Shown here one piece after another: positions 37,314 through 47,009 of a stretch of 64,000 nt of DNA. This DNA is from Patescibacteria group bacterium. Its GTDB lineage: Bacteria; Patescibacteriota; Minisyncoccia; Phycocordibacterales; DATDWN01. The position numbers and the translations under genes were made by a program. The notes under the pieces are model-generated. The model worked only from the letters and a program-made list of their open reading frames with translations, had not been told where the DNA came from and made no database searches. Location of the stretch: positions 7,556 to 71,555 of the forward strand of contig JAZKJH010000003.1 in assembly GCA_040384485.1 (NCBI GenBank), in the 5' to 3' direction. Every line of letters begins with the position of its first letter. The first letter of the stretch is position 1.

Positions 37314-39224
37314 CTATTTTATAACTGTTCCGTCAGAGGTTTTAAAGTTTGGATCAGTAAATGCTGTTGTGGCAGATGAAGCCCCTATATTTATAGGAGT
37401 TTTTGTATAACTATCTTCTGCAGCTGCGTTGGTTTGTAGTAGAAGAGCTGGGGTGGAACCAACTTGAGTCAGGCTCGGAATAATGCCCACTTTAAAATAA
37501 ACTGTTTTTGGAGAATACTGAAAACCTGCCCCTCTACTTATATTTCCCACATTCCAATAAACAGCCCTTGATCCTTCGTCATATGTAACCTTTTCAGTTG
37601 ATGGCGAAACCTCTCCTTTCCACACAACTCCTAATGGTAGAGTTGCTGATACAGTTCCCTTCTCTAGATTGTTTGTAGTGTTTGTAAGAGTCCAGGCAAT
37701 AATATATGTGGTCTCAGTGTCTGCTTTCGGTGGAATAGGACCTGTGGTACCAAGTGGCACACCAGAACGGAATGTTTTTGAAGTAAATCCTAGTGTACTT
37801 GGAAACTTAATAGTTATTTTTTCTTCAGAAAATACTGATCCAGTTTCTATTCCTGATCTGACACCTTCGACTGTGACTGCTATATCTATGTGAGGGTTCT
37901 CTATTCCAAGCAGACTGTTAGGGTTCTGTATGGCACCTAATGACAAGGAAACCTGACCGTTGTCTCCAGGGTTTAGGGTCTCAAGTTTAGGCAGGTTATT
38001 CTTGTCCCAAATAACTGAACCGCTTAAAGACTCGTAATAACCACCGTTTGAGGGAGAAACTGAACTCCTATTTAAAACGTTTCCAGAAATCTTAGCTGTG
38101 ATTTTGTTGTTTATTAGCTTATCAGGAAGTGTATTTTGCCAGTCTATGTTTACTGAAGATGTCTGTCCTATTCGTCCGATATTACCTTCTCCGGCTGAAA
38201 CAGCAAGATCAAAAAATGATTTACGGATAGCTATTGTAGCCACATCTGCAACTAGTATAGTGTCGAAATCAAAAACCGAATCCGCACTCTCTGTTCCGAG
38301 AGATATTTGAAAAGATCGCTCTTCGTTGTTTTGCCCAACTAAAGAACCAGTGATGCTTATGGTTTTCTTTTCCCCATTTTTTAGATCTCCAATATTCCAC
38401 ATAGAATCCCTGACTGGTTTTAAGTTTGAAGTTTCGTACGTAAAGCCGTATGGAAAATCTACCTTCATGAGTGCATCCTGGATAACTGAAGCTGAGTTGG
38501 TGGTGATATCTATTGATAAAGTAAACTCTTGTCCAGAAGTAATTTCACTTGGATAAGAAAGTTCAAGAATAACTGGAGAAGAGCCTATAACAACATCGTA
38601 TGATTTTTCTTTTGAGAAAGTAGCATTCGAACCAACTACTTTATACTCAATCCTCAAAACAAAACTTCTAACTGCATCTTTTTCACCGAACACAAGAGAA
38701 CGAAGAACGTAGTCTTTGCTCTCCCCACTTTCAATATTGCCTAATGGAATTTTCTCAAAGCTAAGTGGGGTGCTGTTAGTAACTTCTTTTGACCCGTTAG
38801 GATACGTAACAAACAAGTTTACATCCTGTATCTCAGTTGGGTTGCCGTTTATAACCGACAAACCCATCACAAACTCCTCCCCAGAAGCAACAATGCTTGG
38901 TGCAGTTATTTCGACATCCAGGTTGTTAGAAGATATGGTGTTGAGCCCTCCATAAAACATAAACACTGCAATACCAAGAGAAACAACAAAGAATGCGGCA
39001 GATATTCCTAGAAATTTATGGAAGAATGAATTGTTTGTTTTTGCCATTGGGGTTGATTCTTTTTCTAGCTCAAAAGAGGTGTTAGTGCCCCAATCTGTTT
39101 TTACATTATTTTCTATAGGAGAAACTGGGGTGTGTTTCTCTTTGGGAACAAGACTTTCATCTCTAGAATATAAAGTCCGCTTTAGTCTTTCTATGCTACT
39201 TTTTTCCAAATCCATATTGCCCAA
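37314..39224 (-). CDS. Large membrane-anchored hypothetical protein (636 aa), beta-rich, adhesin/DUF11-like
   Basis: N-terminal TM after a short cytoplasmic segment. Long extracellular Ser/Thr/Asn-rich region. Confidence 0.55.
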   Translation of the reverse strand: MGNMDLEKSSIERLKRTLYSRDESLVPKEKHTPVSPIENNVKTDWGTNTSFELEKESTPMAKTNNSFFHKFLGISAAFFVVSLGIAVFMFYGGLNTISSNNLDVEITAPSIVASGEEFVMGLSVINGNPTEIQDVNLFVTYPNGSKEVTNSTPLSFEKIPLGNIESGESKDYVLRSLVFGEKDAVRSFVLRIEYKVVGSNATFSKEKSYDVVIGSSPVILELSYPSEITSGQEFTLSIDITTNSASVIQDALMKVDFPYGFTYETSNLKPVRDSMWNIGDLKNGEKKTISITGSLVGQNNEERSFQISLGTESADSVFDFDTILVADVATIAIRKSFFDLAVSAGEGNIGRIGQTSSVNIDWQNTLPDKLINNKITAKISGNVLNRSSVSPSNGGYYESLSGSVIWDKNNLPKLETLNPGDNGQVSLSLGAIQNPNSLLGIENPHIDIAVTVEGVRSGIETGSVFSEEKITIKFPSTLGFTSKTFRSGVPLGTTGPIPPKADTETTYIIAWTLTNTTNNLEKGTVSATLPLGVVWKGEVSPSTEKVTYDEGSRAVYWNVGNISRGAGFQYSPKTVYFKVGIIPSLTQVGSTPALLLQTNAAAEDSYTKTPINIGASSATTAFTDPNFKTSDGTVIK

Positions 39225-39248
39225 TTATAACATACTGAAAAATACAAA

Positions 39249-39830
39249 CTACAACTGGCTTTCTTTTAATGCTTTGTTTATTACAAATACCAACTCTCTT
39301 TTACCTAAAATAGTTTCTGAAATGACATCTTTGCTAAATTCGCTGTCTTGCAAAAAACGGTCCAGATTGACTCCACCTTCAACATACCCGAGCAGGTTGA
39401 GTACACGGAGGACTGTAAGTACCTCGAGCCCCGGTAAATCCTCTGGATCAGCACCTTTTAGAAAACCGAAGCTTTTGTGTACTAGCTCGTAGATGTCATG
39501 CTGAGGATACTCTCCCGCAATCATTTTTATCAACACTGCAGATATCTGAGCCAATAATTTTCTGGAGTAAACGGGTGTTGAAAAGAAAAAGTTTTCCTTT
39601 TCAACTACATTGGTTATCTTCCACCCATTTTTTGACTTTATAAGTGAAAATGTTCCGGAAGTATATTCTTCTAGTCCTGATCTAAGTTTTGAAGCAGAAA
39701 GCCTGGCCGACTTTGCTTTTGCCATAACTAGTCCCAAATCTTGGGTCAACAAGTACACTGACACATCAGCTTCCCCGCTTCCCATACGTTTTAGAACAAT
39801 ACCCTCTGTAGTGTATATATGGTAAGACAT
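39249..39830 (-). CDS. recO: DNA repair protein RecO (short form)
   Basis: N-terminal OB-fold pattern ...TEGIVLKRMGSGEADVSVYLLTQDLGLV.AKAKSARLSASKL... Confidence 0.6.
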   Translation of the reverse strand: MSYHIYTTEGIVLKRMGSGEADVSVYLLTQDLGLVMAKAKSARLSASKLRSGLEEYTSGTFSLIKSKNGWKITNVVEKENFFFSTPVYSRKLLAQISAVLIKMIAGEYPQHDIYELVHKSFGFLKGADPEDLPGLEVLTVLRVLNLLGYVEGGVNLDRFLQDSEFSKDVISETILGKRELVFVINKALKESQL

Positions 39831-39846
39831 AATGACTGTGTGATAT

Positions 39847-42800
39847 TTAGAACTTAATCATTAGTGACAAACTCCCGTTTTCCAAAGAAACTTCATTTAC
39901 TTGTTTGTCGTTTGAATATTCTATTGCACCAACTCCTGTTGGAGTCGTGATCATATTTTTATATTCTTCTATAACAGCTTTTGTATTTTCGTCGACACAC
40001 AAAACTAAAGTTACAGAATCACTAGGACTTAGATTTTCTTTTTTCCTCAAATCCTGTATTCCTCGAACAATGTCCCTTGCCACTCCTTCCTTTCTCAAAT
40101 CATCTGTCAGGTCTGTGTCCAACTGAAGAGATTCTCCAACAGACACAGTTTTTACATTAACCTCATCAGCTATTATATCCAACAATTCTTGATTGAAGTT
40201 TTTATTTACAACCAAGCTTTGTAAAGGTTGTCGTACTTTGTGTCCGCTTTTCTGTCTTAGTTCCAATGCTGCAGTGACCACCCCACGTACTGATTCCATT
40301 TCTTCTACTAGTGCAGAGTCGATAGCACCAGCTTTTGGCCAACTACATAAATGCACACTTTCGTCGTCACCATCTTTTCTTACTTTCAGATATATTTCTT
40401 CAGCAAAAAACGGAGTAAATGGTGCCATATACTTCATAAGCTCTTGCAAAACAAACCCGGTTGTAGAAAGCGCATCGGTCTTTTCTTGTAGGTTATCTGA
40501 TTTAAACCTGTCTCTGGATCTTCTTACATACCAAGTAGAAAAATCGTTTACAAAATCTCTAACAGATCTAGCAGAATCAAAGACCTTAAATGCATCTAGA
40601 TTTTTTGTCCCCCCTTCTACCAGCTCGTTCAGTCTAGAAATAATCCATCTGTCCAAAACATCAGAACTTTCGTTGTTTGGTTTTATTGATCCGTCGTTGT
40701 ACATATTGTAGAACGCAAGAATATTTACTATTGGATTGAAAACTTTTTTAGTTATTTCATCCACAGTTTTCTCATCAAAGTTCTTCGAATCGCCTGGATT
40801 GTTTACTGAATACATCCAGAAGCGAAGTGCGTCAACTCCGTACTTGTTCATCAAATCCCAAGGGTCTAGAATATTTCCAACAGACTTACTCATCTTCTTA
40901 CCTTCTTTGTCCAATATATGACCCAAACAAATTACATTTTTATATGCTTTTCCTTTGCCCAAAAGAACCCCTATAGCATGCAAGGTATAGAACCACCCGC
41001 GAGTTTGATCTATCGCTTCTGAAATAAAGTCTGCTGGATAATTCACGTCTCCTTGGAAAGGATAATGATCCTGAGCAAAAGGCATAGCACCTGAGTCAAA
41101 CCAAACATCCATAACTTCTTTTACTCTCTTCATTGGAGTACCATCTTCGTCCACCAACTGCACTTCGTCTATATATGGTTTATGCAAATCTAGCTCAAAA
41201 TCAGAGTTGTATGGAAGCGGAACAAAATCCACTTTTCTTATTTCTGCGTTTTCGTAGTTTCTAAAACTTCTAGTAGATGTAAATAGTTTGGCTCTGGTGT
41301 AACCGTCTGCAACCAGACTCATGGCACGAGTAAGCCCACCATGAGAAACGATGAGAATATTTTTACCAGAGTATTGTTTCTCTAGTTTATACAAAAACTC
41401 TCCTACTCTTTTCAAAACATCATCGTATGACTCCCCACCTTCCGCTCTCCAAGCGTAACGGTCCGGACTTGAGTTTCTAGCAACAAAATAATCTTCTATT
41501 GGTTTTCCGTTCCATTCTTTTCCAGCATTCCATTCAACTATTGAGTCGTCCACGATAACCGACTCTGGAGAAATCCCTATAACCCCCGCAACTGTTTTTG
41601 CTGTTTGCATTGTCCTCTCAAAAGGAGAAGCTATTATCAAATCTATATTCTTATCTTTTAGGTATTCTGCATTCGCTTTTGCCAAAGCAACTCCTTTGTC
41701 AGTTAGAGGATCGTGATTTTCCACATTACAACTCCAAACTCCGTTTATGTTGCCCACCGACTCCCCGTGTCGCATAACAAAATAATTATTACCAGACTTC
41801 TTAACATATTTTTTCAAGTCAGCTATTGAACTGACAACTAGTTTGTCTCCGTTTTGTTTTTCCCAAATTGGCATAGGTGTTCCCCAGTATCTCTCTCGAC
41901 TTATTGCCCAGTCTTTTATTTCCCTTAGCCACTCACCAAACCTCCCCTCCTTTATGTGTTCCGGTTCCCAGTTCACCGCCTCGTTCTCTTTTACCAACTC
42001 ATCACGCAGGCTCGACATTTTTATATACCAAGAATCTCTTGCGTAGTAGATAAGTGCAGTTTTACATCTCCAGCAGTGAGGATAAGAGTGTTCATACTTT
42101 TCTTTTTTGAATAACTGCCCTCTTCCAGCCAGGTCTTTTATTATATCTATCGCCACCTCTTCATCTTTTACAAAACGGTTAGACAAAAACCCCATCTCAT
42201 CTAGGAAATGTCCGTCCTCCTTCACTAAGTGAAATTTTGGTAAACCTATTTGTGTTCCCAGAACAAAGTCTTCTTGCCCGTACATAACCGCAGTGTGCAC
42301 AATACCCGTTCCGTCGGTAGTAGTAACAAAGTCAGCAGAATAAACTTTGTATGATTTCGCGAATGCTTCGGGATTCTTTTCGGTAAATTTTTCGGCAAAG
42401 TACGGGTAGAGTGGTTCATATTCCATTCCAACACACTCGCTTCCTTTGTGTTCTGCAACTATTTCATATGGTTCTGTAATAACTGACAAACGTTCTTTTG
42501 CAAGAACAAGTATTTCATTTCCAACCTTTGCTTCGACATAAACAATATCCGGACCAACAGCTAGTGCTACGTTTCCAGGCAGAGTCCATGGGGTTGTAGT
42601 CCAGGCAAGGAAATAGGCGTTTTCAAAACCTTTTATTTTAAACTTTGCAGTAACAGATAAATCTTTGTCGTCTTGATAACCCTGAGCCAGTTCATGTGAG
42701 GACAGTGCTGTTCCACAACGTGGGCACCATGGTAGAACTTTGTAGTCTTTGTATAGCAAGCCTTTGTCGTCTACGGTTTTGAGAATATTCCAAACAGATT

Positions 42801-43269
42801 CTATGTAGTTGTTTTCGAAAGTGTAGTAAGCCTCTTCTTTGTTTACCCAGTAACCTATTCTGTCTGTAAACTTTTCCCAATCAGAAATATACTGAAATAC
42901 ACTTTCTTTACATTCGCGGTTAAACTTCTCTACTCCATACTGTTCTATGTCCTTTTTTGAAGTCAGTCCTAGTTTTTTCTCTATTTGAAGTTCTACCGGA
43001 AGTCCGTGTGTATCCCAACCAGCTTTTCGGCGCACGGAAAAACCTTGCATAGTTTTGTAGCGAGGGATTATGTCTTTGAATGCTCTAGCTTCTAGGTGAT
43101 GAAGTGCTGGCTTCGCGTTAGCTGTAGGAGGTCCTTCAAAAAATACAAACTCCCCTTTCGGTGATTCTTTTTGTAGAGTTTTATCAAAGATTTTGTTTTC
43201 ACTCCAAAAATTCAGAATGGATTCTTCTTTCTGGGCTACTTCTGATTTATTTTTTTCTTCTTCTTTCAT
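39847..43269 (-). CDS. ileS: Isoleucyl-tRNA synthetase (type 2-like) carrying an inserted histidine-phosphatase (PGM-family) domain
   Basis: PPTANAKPALHH (variant HIGH), WCPRCGTALSSHE, DWAISRERYWGTPMPIW ... DVWFDSG, KMSKSVGN. Residues ~493-657 (nt 41299..41793) form an RHGE...SHGG histidine-phosphatase module. Confidence 0.9.
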   Translation of the reverse strand: MKEEEKNKSEVAQKEESILNFWSENKIFDKTLQKESPKGEFVFFEGPPTANAKPALHHLEARAFKDIIPRYKTMQGFSVRRKAGWDTHGLPVELQIEKKLGLTSKKDIEQYGVEKFNRECKESVFQYISDWEKFTDRIGYWVNKEEAYYTFENNYIESVWNILKTVDDKGLLYKDYKVLPWCPRCGTALSSHELAQGYQDDKDLSVTAKFKIKGFENAYFLAWTTTPWTLPGNVALAVGPDIVYVEAKVGNEILVLAKERLSVITEPYEIVAEHKGSECVGMEYEPLYPYFAEKFTEKNPEAFAKSYKVYSADFVTTTDGTGIVHTAVMYGQEDFVLGTQIGLPKFHLVKEDGHFLDEMGFLSNRFVKDEEVAIDIIKDLAGRGQLFKKEKYEHSYPHCWRCKTALIYYARDSWYIKMSSLRDELVKENEAVNWEPEHIKEGRFGEWLREIKDWAISRERYWGTPMPIWEKQNGDKLVVSSIADLKKYVKKSGNNYFVMRHGESVGNINGVWSCNVENHDPLTDKGVALAKANAEYLKDKNIDLIIASPFERTMQTAKTVAGVIGISPESVIVDDSIVEWNAGKEWNGKPIEDYFVARNSSPDRYAWRAEGGESYDDVLKRVGEFLYKLEKQYSGKNILIVSHGGLTRAMSLVADGYTRAKLFTSTRSFRNYENAEIRKVDFVPLPYNSDFELDLHKPYIDEVQLVDEDGTPMKRVKEVMDVWFDSGAMPFAQDHYPFQGDVNYPADFISEAIDQTRGWFYTLHAIGVLLGKGKAYKNVICLGHILDKEGKKMSKSVGNILDPWDLMNKYGVDALRFWMYSVNNPGDSKNFDEKTVDEITKKVFNPIVNILAFYNMYNDGSIKPNNESSDVLDRWIISRLNELVEGGTKNLDAFKVFDSARSVRDFVNDFSTWYVRRSRDRFKSDNLQEKTDALSTTGFVLQELMKYMAPFTPFFAEEIYLKVRKDGDDESVHLCSWPKAGAIDSALVEEMESVRGVVTAALELRQKSGHKVRQPLQSLVVNKNFNQELLDIIADEVNVKTVSVGESLQLDTDLTDDLRKEGVARDIVRGIQDLRKKENLSPSDSVTLVLCVDENTKAVIEEYKNMITTPTGVGAIEYSNDKQVNEVSLENGSLSLMIKF

Positions 43270-43469
43270 TTTTTTAGTAATCTTAAAATTTTATTAATAG
43301 CAACTGACGCAGCCAAAATGATTATGATTATCGCTAAAACCTTAGCATCATTATTTCTTTCTAGCCCTGGAACTGTTGGCAAAGTGGCTGAAACTTTTTC
43401 AGTTATAAAGAAATAACCAGTAGTTATATATGCCAGATGTTTAAATTTCATTTTTATTGGTTTTAATAA

Positions 43470-43705
43470 ACAAAAACCCGTCCGCGTATAACAAATAATT
43501 GCTATACAAGGACGAGCTTCTCGTGGTACCACCTTGTTTTTTACCCCGCCCAGTTGCGGGGACTCTCTTTACTGCTATAACGGGCTTACCCGTTGGGTTC
43601 TACATCTGCCTCTGCAGATTCTTCCCAAAACTCGGGGGTGATTAGTCCCCCTCAGCGTCTATATCAAAATATTACCAAACAAAACCTTTTATGTCCAAAC
43701 GAATA
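43470..43705 (-). promoter_or_regulatory. Candidate T-box riboswitch leader for ileS
   Basis: Minus strand contains AAGGUGGUACCACGA at 43523-43531 (T-box consensus AGGGUGGNACCGCG), an AGAGA GA-motif, and a downstream CGUCC...GGACGGGUUUUUGUUU terminator (43472-43500). Confidence 0.4.
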
Positions 43706-43717
43706 TAATTTTTGATA

Positions 43718-43750
43718 TTAAAAAAGGGCTTCGCGATAATTCGCGAAGCC
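43718..43750 (-). terminator. Rho-independent terminator after ORF 43772..44140
   Basis: GGGCTTCGCGAATTATCGCGAAGCCC + TTTTTT on the minus strand. Confidence 0.75.
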
Positions 43751-43771
43751 CTCGACAAGTGACCCATTGGT

Positions 43772-44140
43772 CTACTTACAACCACCTCCGATGAGGCCAC
43801 CCAAGAAGTGGATTTTCTGCCCGTCGGCGAGCGTCATCCACCCTGTTCCATTGCGGATCCAAACCCGCAAGGGACGGAACTCCTGCCCCTCAACTTTCAC
43901 AACGCAGTTGGCGGCGTTGTGGGCTTCGAGCTTCGCAATCAATGCCTGGGATTGCGCTGCCCCGATTCTGGCCTCTTCCTTACCAAGCCAAACTGTGGCG
44001 ATTGCGAGAACAATGATAATGCTCGCGACGCCAACTTTGTGACGAACTTCGAACATCGACCACAGGCTTGGGAGGAAAACCATCCCTCCAATAAAAGCGA
44101 CGAAATCCAGACAGAACACAACAAGGAACAGAGTTTCCAT
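43772..44140 (-). CDS. Hypothetical protein (122 aa): two N-terminal TM helices plus C-terminal soluble domain ending ...GGLIGGGCK. Lies in a 58%-GC island
   Basis: ATG at 44140 with GGAGAA RBS, perfect promoter upstream, terminator downstream. The ORF-track N-terminal extension (to 44206) is 5' UTR. Confidence 0.55.
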   Translation of the reverse strand: METLFLVVFCLDFVAFIGGMVFLPSLWSMFEVRHKVGVASIIIVLAIATVWLGKEEARIGAAQSQALIAKLEAHNAANCVVKVEGQEFRPLRVWIRNGTGWMTLADGQKIHFLGGLIGGGCK

Positions 44141-44238
44141 GATTTTCTCCTTCTGAGAAACTAACTGGAGGCAAAGGCCGTTTTCTTCAGTCGTGTATAC
44201 GACCAAAACCAGTTAATAAACTTGGTCTTACTTATTAT

Positions 44239-44267
44239 ATTATATATCATTTATGTGTATTTGTCAA
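44239..44267 (-). promoter_or_regulatory. Perfect consensus sigma70-type promoter TTGACA-17-TATAAT
   Basis: Minus strand: tatcTTGACAaatacacataaatgataTATAATataataag. The same TTGACAAATACAC -35 region as the promoter at 28243..28272. Confidence 0.6.
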
Positions 44268-44357
44268 GATACATAAACAGCAAGAAAATAACCTTATTCA
44301 TAGGTCTTTTTAGATACTGAACTGAAACTTGTTCTAGGGGTAAATTTTGGTGGCAAA

Positions 44358-46004
44358 CTACATTCTCTCTGGAACTTTTACCCCCAGTAATTCTAAACCT
44401 TTTGCCATTGTCTGTGCGAACACTTGAGTCAGGGCTATTTTGTATTTTGAATCCGAATCTTCACCTATTATTTTTCCGTTAGCATAAAACGAGTTAAACT
44501 CCCCGGCCAGCTCAGTTAGGTAGGTTACTAGATAATGCGGAGCATATTCCCTACCCGCTTTTTCTACGACACCAGAAAACCTTTCAAGTAATCTCTCTAG
44601 GTTTGTCGTCTGCCAGTCTTCTGGAATATCCGACAAACTAGCTTCACTGTCAGTTACTTTTGATAAAATAGATTTTGCTCTGACAACTGAGTATTGTAGG
44701 TACGGGCCAGAGTCTCCTTCAAAAGAAAGGGACTTTTCAAAGTCAAAAATAATATCCCCTCCTATCGCTTGGCGAAGGATAGAGTATTTGATGGCACCTA
44801 TTGCAACTATTTCTGCAACCTCGCCTTTTTCTGATTCTGAAAACTCTCGGTCAGATATTTTTTCCAAAACCTTTTCTCTGACCTGTTCGATTAAAGATTC
44901 TGCAGAAATAATGTTTCCTGTTCTAGAAGACATTTTCCCTGATGGAAGTTTTAACATTCCGTGTGACAGATGATGTAGTTTTCCATTAAGTTCGGGAAAA
45001 ACTTGCCTTATGGCACACTCTACAACTTTGAAAACGGCGTCCTGTTCGTTTGCGGTTATTGTTACCGAAGTATCGTAGTTGTATATCTCTTTCTTAATCT
45101 CGGCTAGTCCAACTTCTTTGGCTTCGTATGTAGGAAGACCTTCTGAGTTCAGAAAAACCCTTGTGTGAAGTCCGAAGTTCTCGCCTTGAAATATTATAGC
45201 TCCGTTCTCACCCTGCTCGAAAACCTTCCCGATGTTTTCCTGCACTATTTTTCTTCCTATTTCTCCTGATTCGCTCTCATAAAAATGGTAGTCGAATTTA
45301 CTATTGAGTCTCTCGTATATTGATTCAAATTTTTCAAAAGACCTAGTTCGACCGTTAATATATATATTGTTTATCTCTTCATCAGAACTATCGTAAATTT
45401 TTTTATTTATTTCTATTATTTCTTTTTTTGACTCTTCGTTATCTTCATATGCATTGTGACCTTCAGCATAAGCGTTTTGAAAATCAATACTGTTTTTAAT
45501 ACCCCATACTGCTTTCGCGACATGAAGGCCTTTGTCACCGTGATATGTTGCGGTTTTCACCTCACCTTCGTTTGCAACCACAATTCTTTTTATTGACTCC
45601 CCAATAGTGTTATTCATTAAGTGGCCAATATGAAATTCCTTAAACGGGTTTGGTTGTGTGTGCTCAATAAAAAACTTTTTGCCTTTATAAACCTCAGAAA
45701 CCAAAGGTTTGCTTATCTCTGAATTAAAATACTTCTCATCAAAGAAAAAGTTTATAAATCCTGGTTTTATAACATCAATTCGTTTTATATGTCTTATATC
45801 TTGGGCCACAACAAACTCTTTTATTTCTAGAGCTAGTTCTAGTGGGTTTCTGCCAAACTCCTTTGCGTACACCATCGCTGTATTACTGGTATAGTCCCCC
45901 ATTTCAATATGTGTTGGGTAAGTCAAAAAAGTCGTTGGATTTTCTACCCCAAGATTTTTCAAACCCTTTTCTATCGCAACAATAAGTTCTTGTTTTGTAT
46001 TCAT
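44358..46004 (-). CDS. argS: Arginyl-tRNA synthetase
   Basis: HIGH motif FHIGHLMN. C-terminus ...LELLGVKVPERM typical of ArgRS. Confidence 0.9.
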   Translation of the reverse strand: MNTKQELIVAIEKGLKNLGVENPTTFLTYPTHIEMGDYTSNTAMVYAKEFGRNPLELALEIKEFVVAQDIRHIKRIDVIKPGFINFFFDEKYFNSEISKPLVSEVYKGKKFFIEHTQPNPFKEFHIGHLMNNTIGESIKRIVVANEGEVKTATYHGDKGLHVAKAVWGIKNSIDFQNAYAEGHNAYEDNEESKKEIIEINKKIYDSSDEEINNIYINGRTRSFEKFESIYERLNSKFDYHFYESESGEIGRKIVQENIGKVFEQGENGAIIFQGENFGLHTRVFLNSEGLPTYEAKEVGLAEIKKEIYNYDTSVTITANEQDAVFKVVECAIRQVFPELNGKLHHLSHGMLKLPSGKMSSRTGNIISAESLIEQVREKVLEKISDREFSESEKGEVAEIVAIGAIKYSILRQAIGGDIIFDFEKSLSFEGDSGPYLQYSVVRAKSILSKVTDSEASLSDIPEDWQTTNLERLLERFSGVVEKAGREYAPHYLVTYLTELAGEFNSFYANGKIIGEDSDSKYKIALTQVFAQTMAKGLELLGVKVPERM

Positions 46005-46427
46005 TTATTTTCCTGTGCTTCCAAAACCACCAATTCCTCTTTCTGTACTAGATAACTCTTCTGTTTCTACTATCTCAATGTGTTCAACTTTCTGTATTAA
46101 CATCTGCGCAACCTTGTGACCTTTTTCGAAAGTGTAACTTTCTTTACCTAAGTTTATAACCCCCACAACCACTTCCCCTCTATATCCAGAATCTATCACA
46201 CCTCCCAGAGTTTTTATACCGTGCTTCATAGACAGACCACTTTTGTCCCAAACTAGGCCCACAAAACCTTCTGGTATTTCTGTTGCAACTCCAGTTTTTA
46301 TCCCTATTTTTTCTCCTGGACTAACTGTTGTATTTTCTAAAGCGAACACATCCATCCCTGCATCACCTTTTGTTGCGTACGCTGGCAACTTTGAGTCTGG
46401 ATACAACTTCTTGAACTTAACTATCAT
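46005..46427 (-). CDS. dut: dUTP diphosphatase
   Basis: ...IDSGYRGEVVVGVINLGKE... dUTPase motifs. 140 aa. Confidence 0.9.
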   Translation of the reverse strand: MIVKFKKLYPDSKLPAYATKGDAGMDVFALENTTVSPGEKIGIKTGVATEIPEGFVGLVWDKSGLSMKHGIKTLGGVIDSGYRGEVVVGVINLGKESYTFEKGHKVAQMLIQKVEHIEIVETEELSSTERGIGGFGSTGK

Positions 46428-46493
46428 ACGCCCATAATAGCATTGACCCAGGTGTTTTTAAAGAGTAGTATCGGCTACAGAAGGAGGTACGGC

Positions 46494-47009
46494 ATGTGGA
46501 ACATAACGCTAGTTGTGGCAATGGACAGAAACCGAGCAATCGGTGTTGGCAACAAGATTCCTTGGAGGTTGCCTGAGGAACAGCACTACTTCAAGAGTAG
46601 GACAATCGGCAAAGTGGTGGTAATGGGTCGCAAGACTTATGAATCACTTCCGAGGTCAGTACGTCCCTTACCTTGGCGGATAAACGTAATTCTGACGCGA
46701 GACACAAGTTTTGTGGCAGAAGGTTGTGGAATTGTTCATGACCATAAAACCATTCTCGAAAGAGCTGCACTTGGTCAAATGAACATGATTATCGGAGGTG
46801 AAGAGATTTACAAACTCTTTCTTCCTTATGCCAATCGACTCTTGGTCACGATAATCGACACTGAAATCGAAGGCGCAGACAAGTTCTTTCCAGAAATAAA
46901 CTCTGAGGAGTGGCAAGAAGTTTTTCTTCGTTCACACGAAGCAAATACAAAAAACGCACACTCATTTGCCTTTTTGGAGTACTTCAGAAAGCCGTCCCGT
47001 GGAGCCTAA
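46494..47009 (+). CDS. folA: Dihydrofolate reductase
   Basis: MWNITLVVAMDRNRAIGVGNKIPWRLPEEQHYFKSRTIGKVVVMGRKTYESLP. GGAGG RBS before ATG at 46494. GC-rich. Confidence 0.85.
   Translation: MWNITLVVAMDRNRAIGVGNKIPWRLPEEQHYFKSRTIGKVVVMGRKTYESLPRSVRPLPWRINVILTRDTSFVAEGCGIVHDHKTILERAALGQMNMIIGGEEIYKLFLPYANRLLVTIIDTEIEGADKFFPEINSEEWQEVFLRSHEANTKNAHSFAFLEYFRKPSRGA

Noticed and set aside
43266-43532. 88-aa ORF upstream of ileS as annotated (MVPREARPC...)
   Set aside because: Its N-terminal third reads through the T-box-like sequence and terminator hairpin. At most the downstream MKFKHL... portion could be a small membrane peptide, which is unproven.
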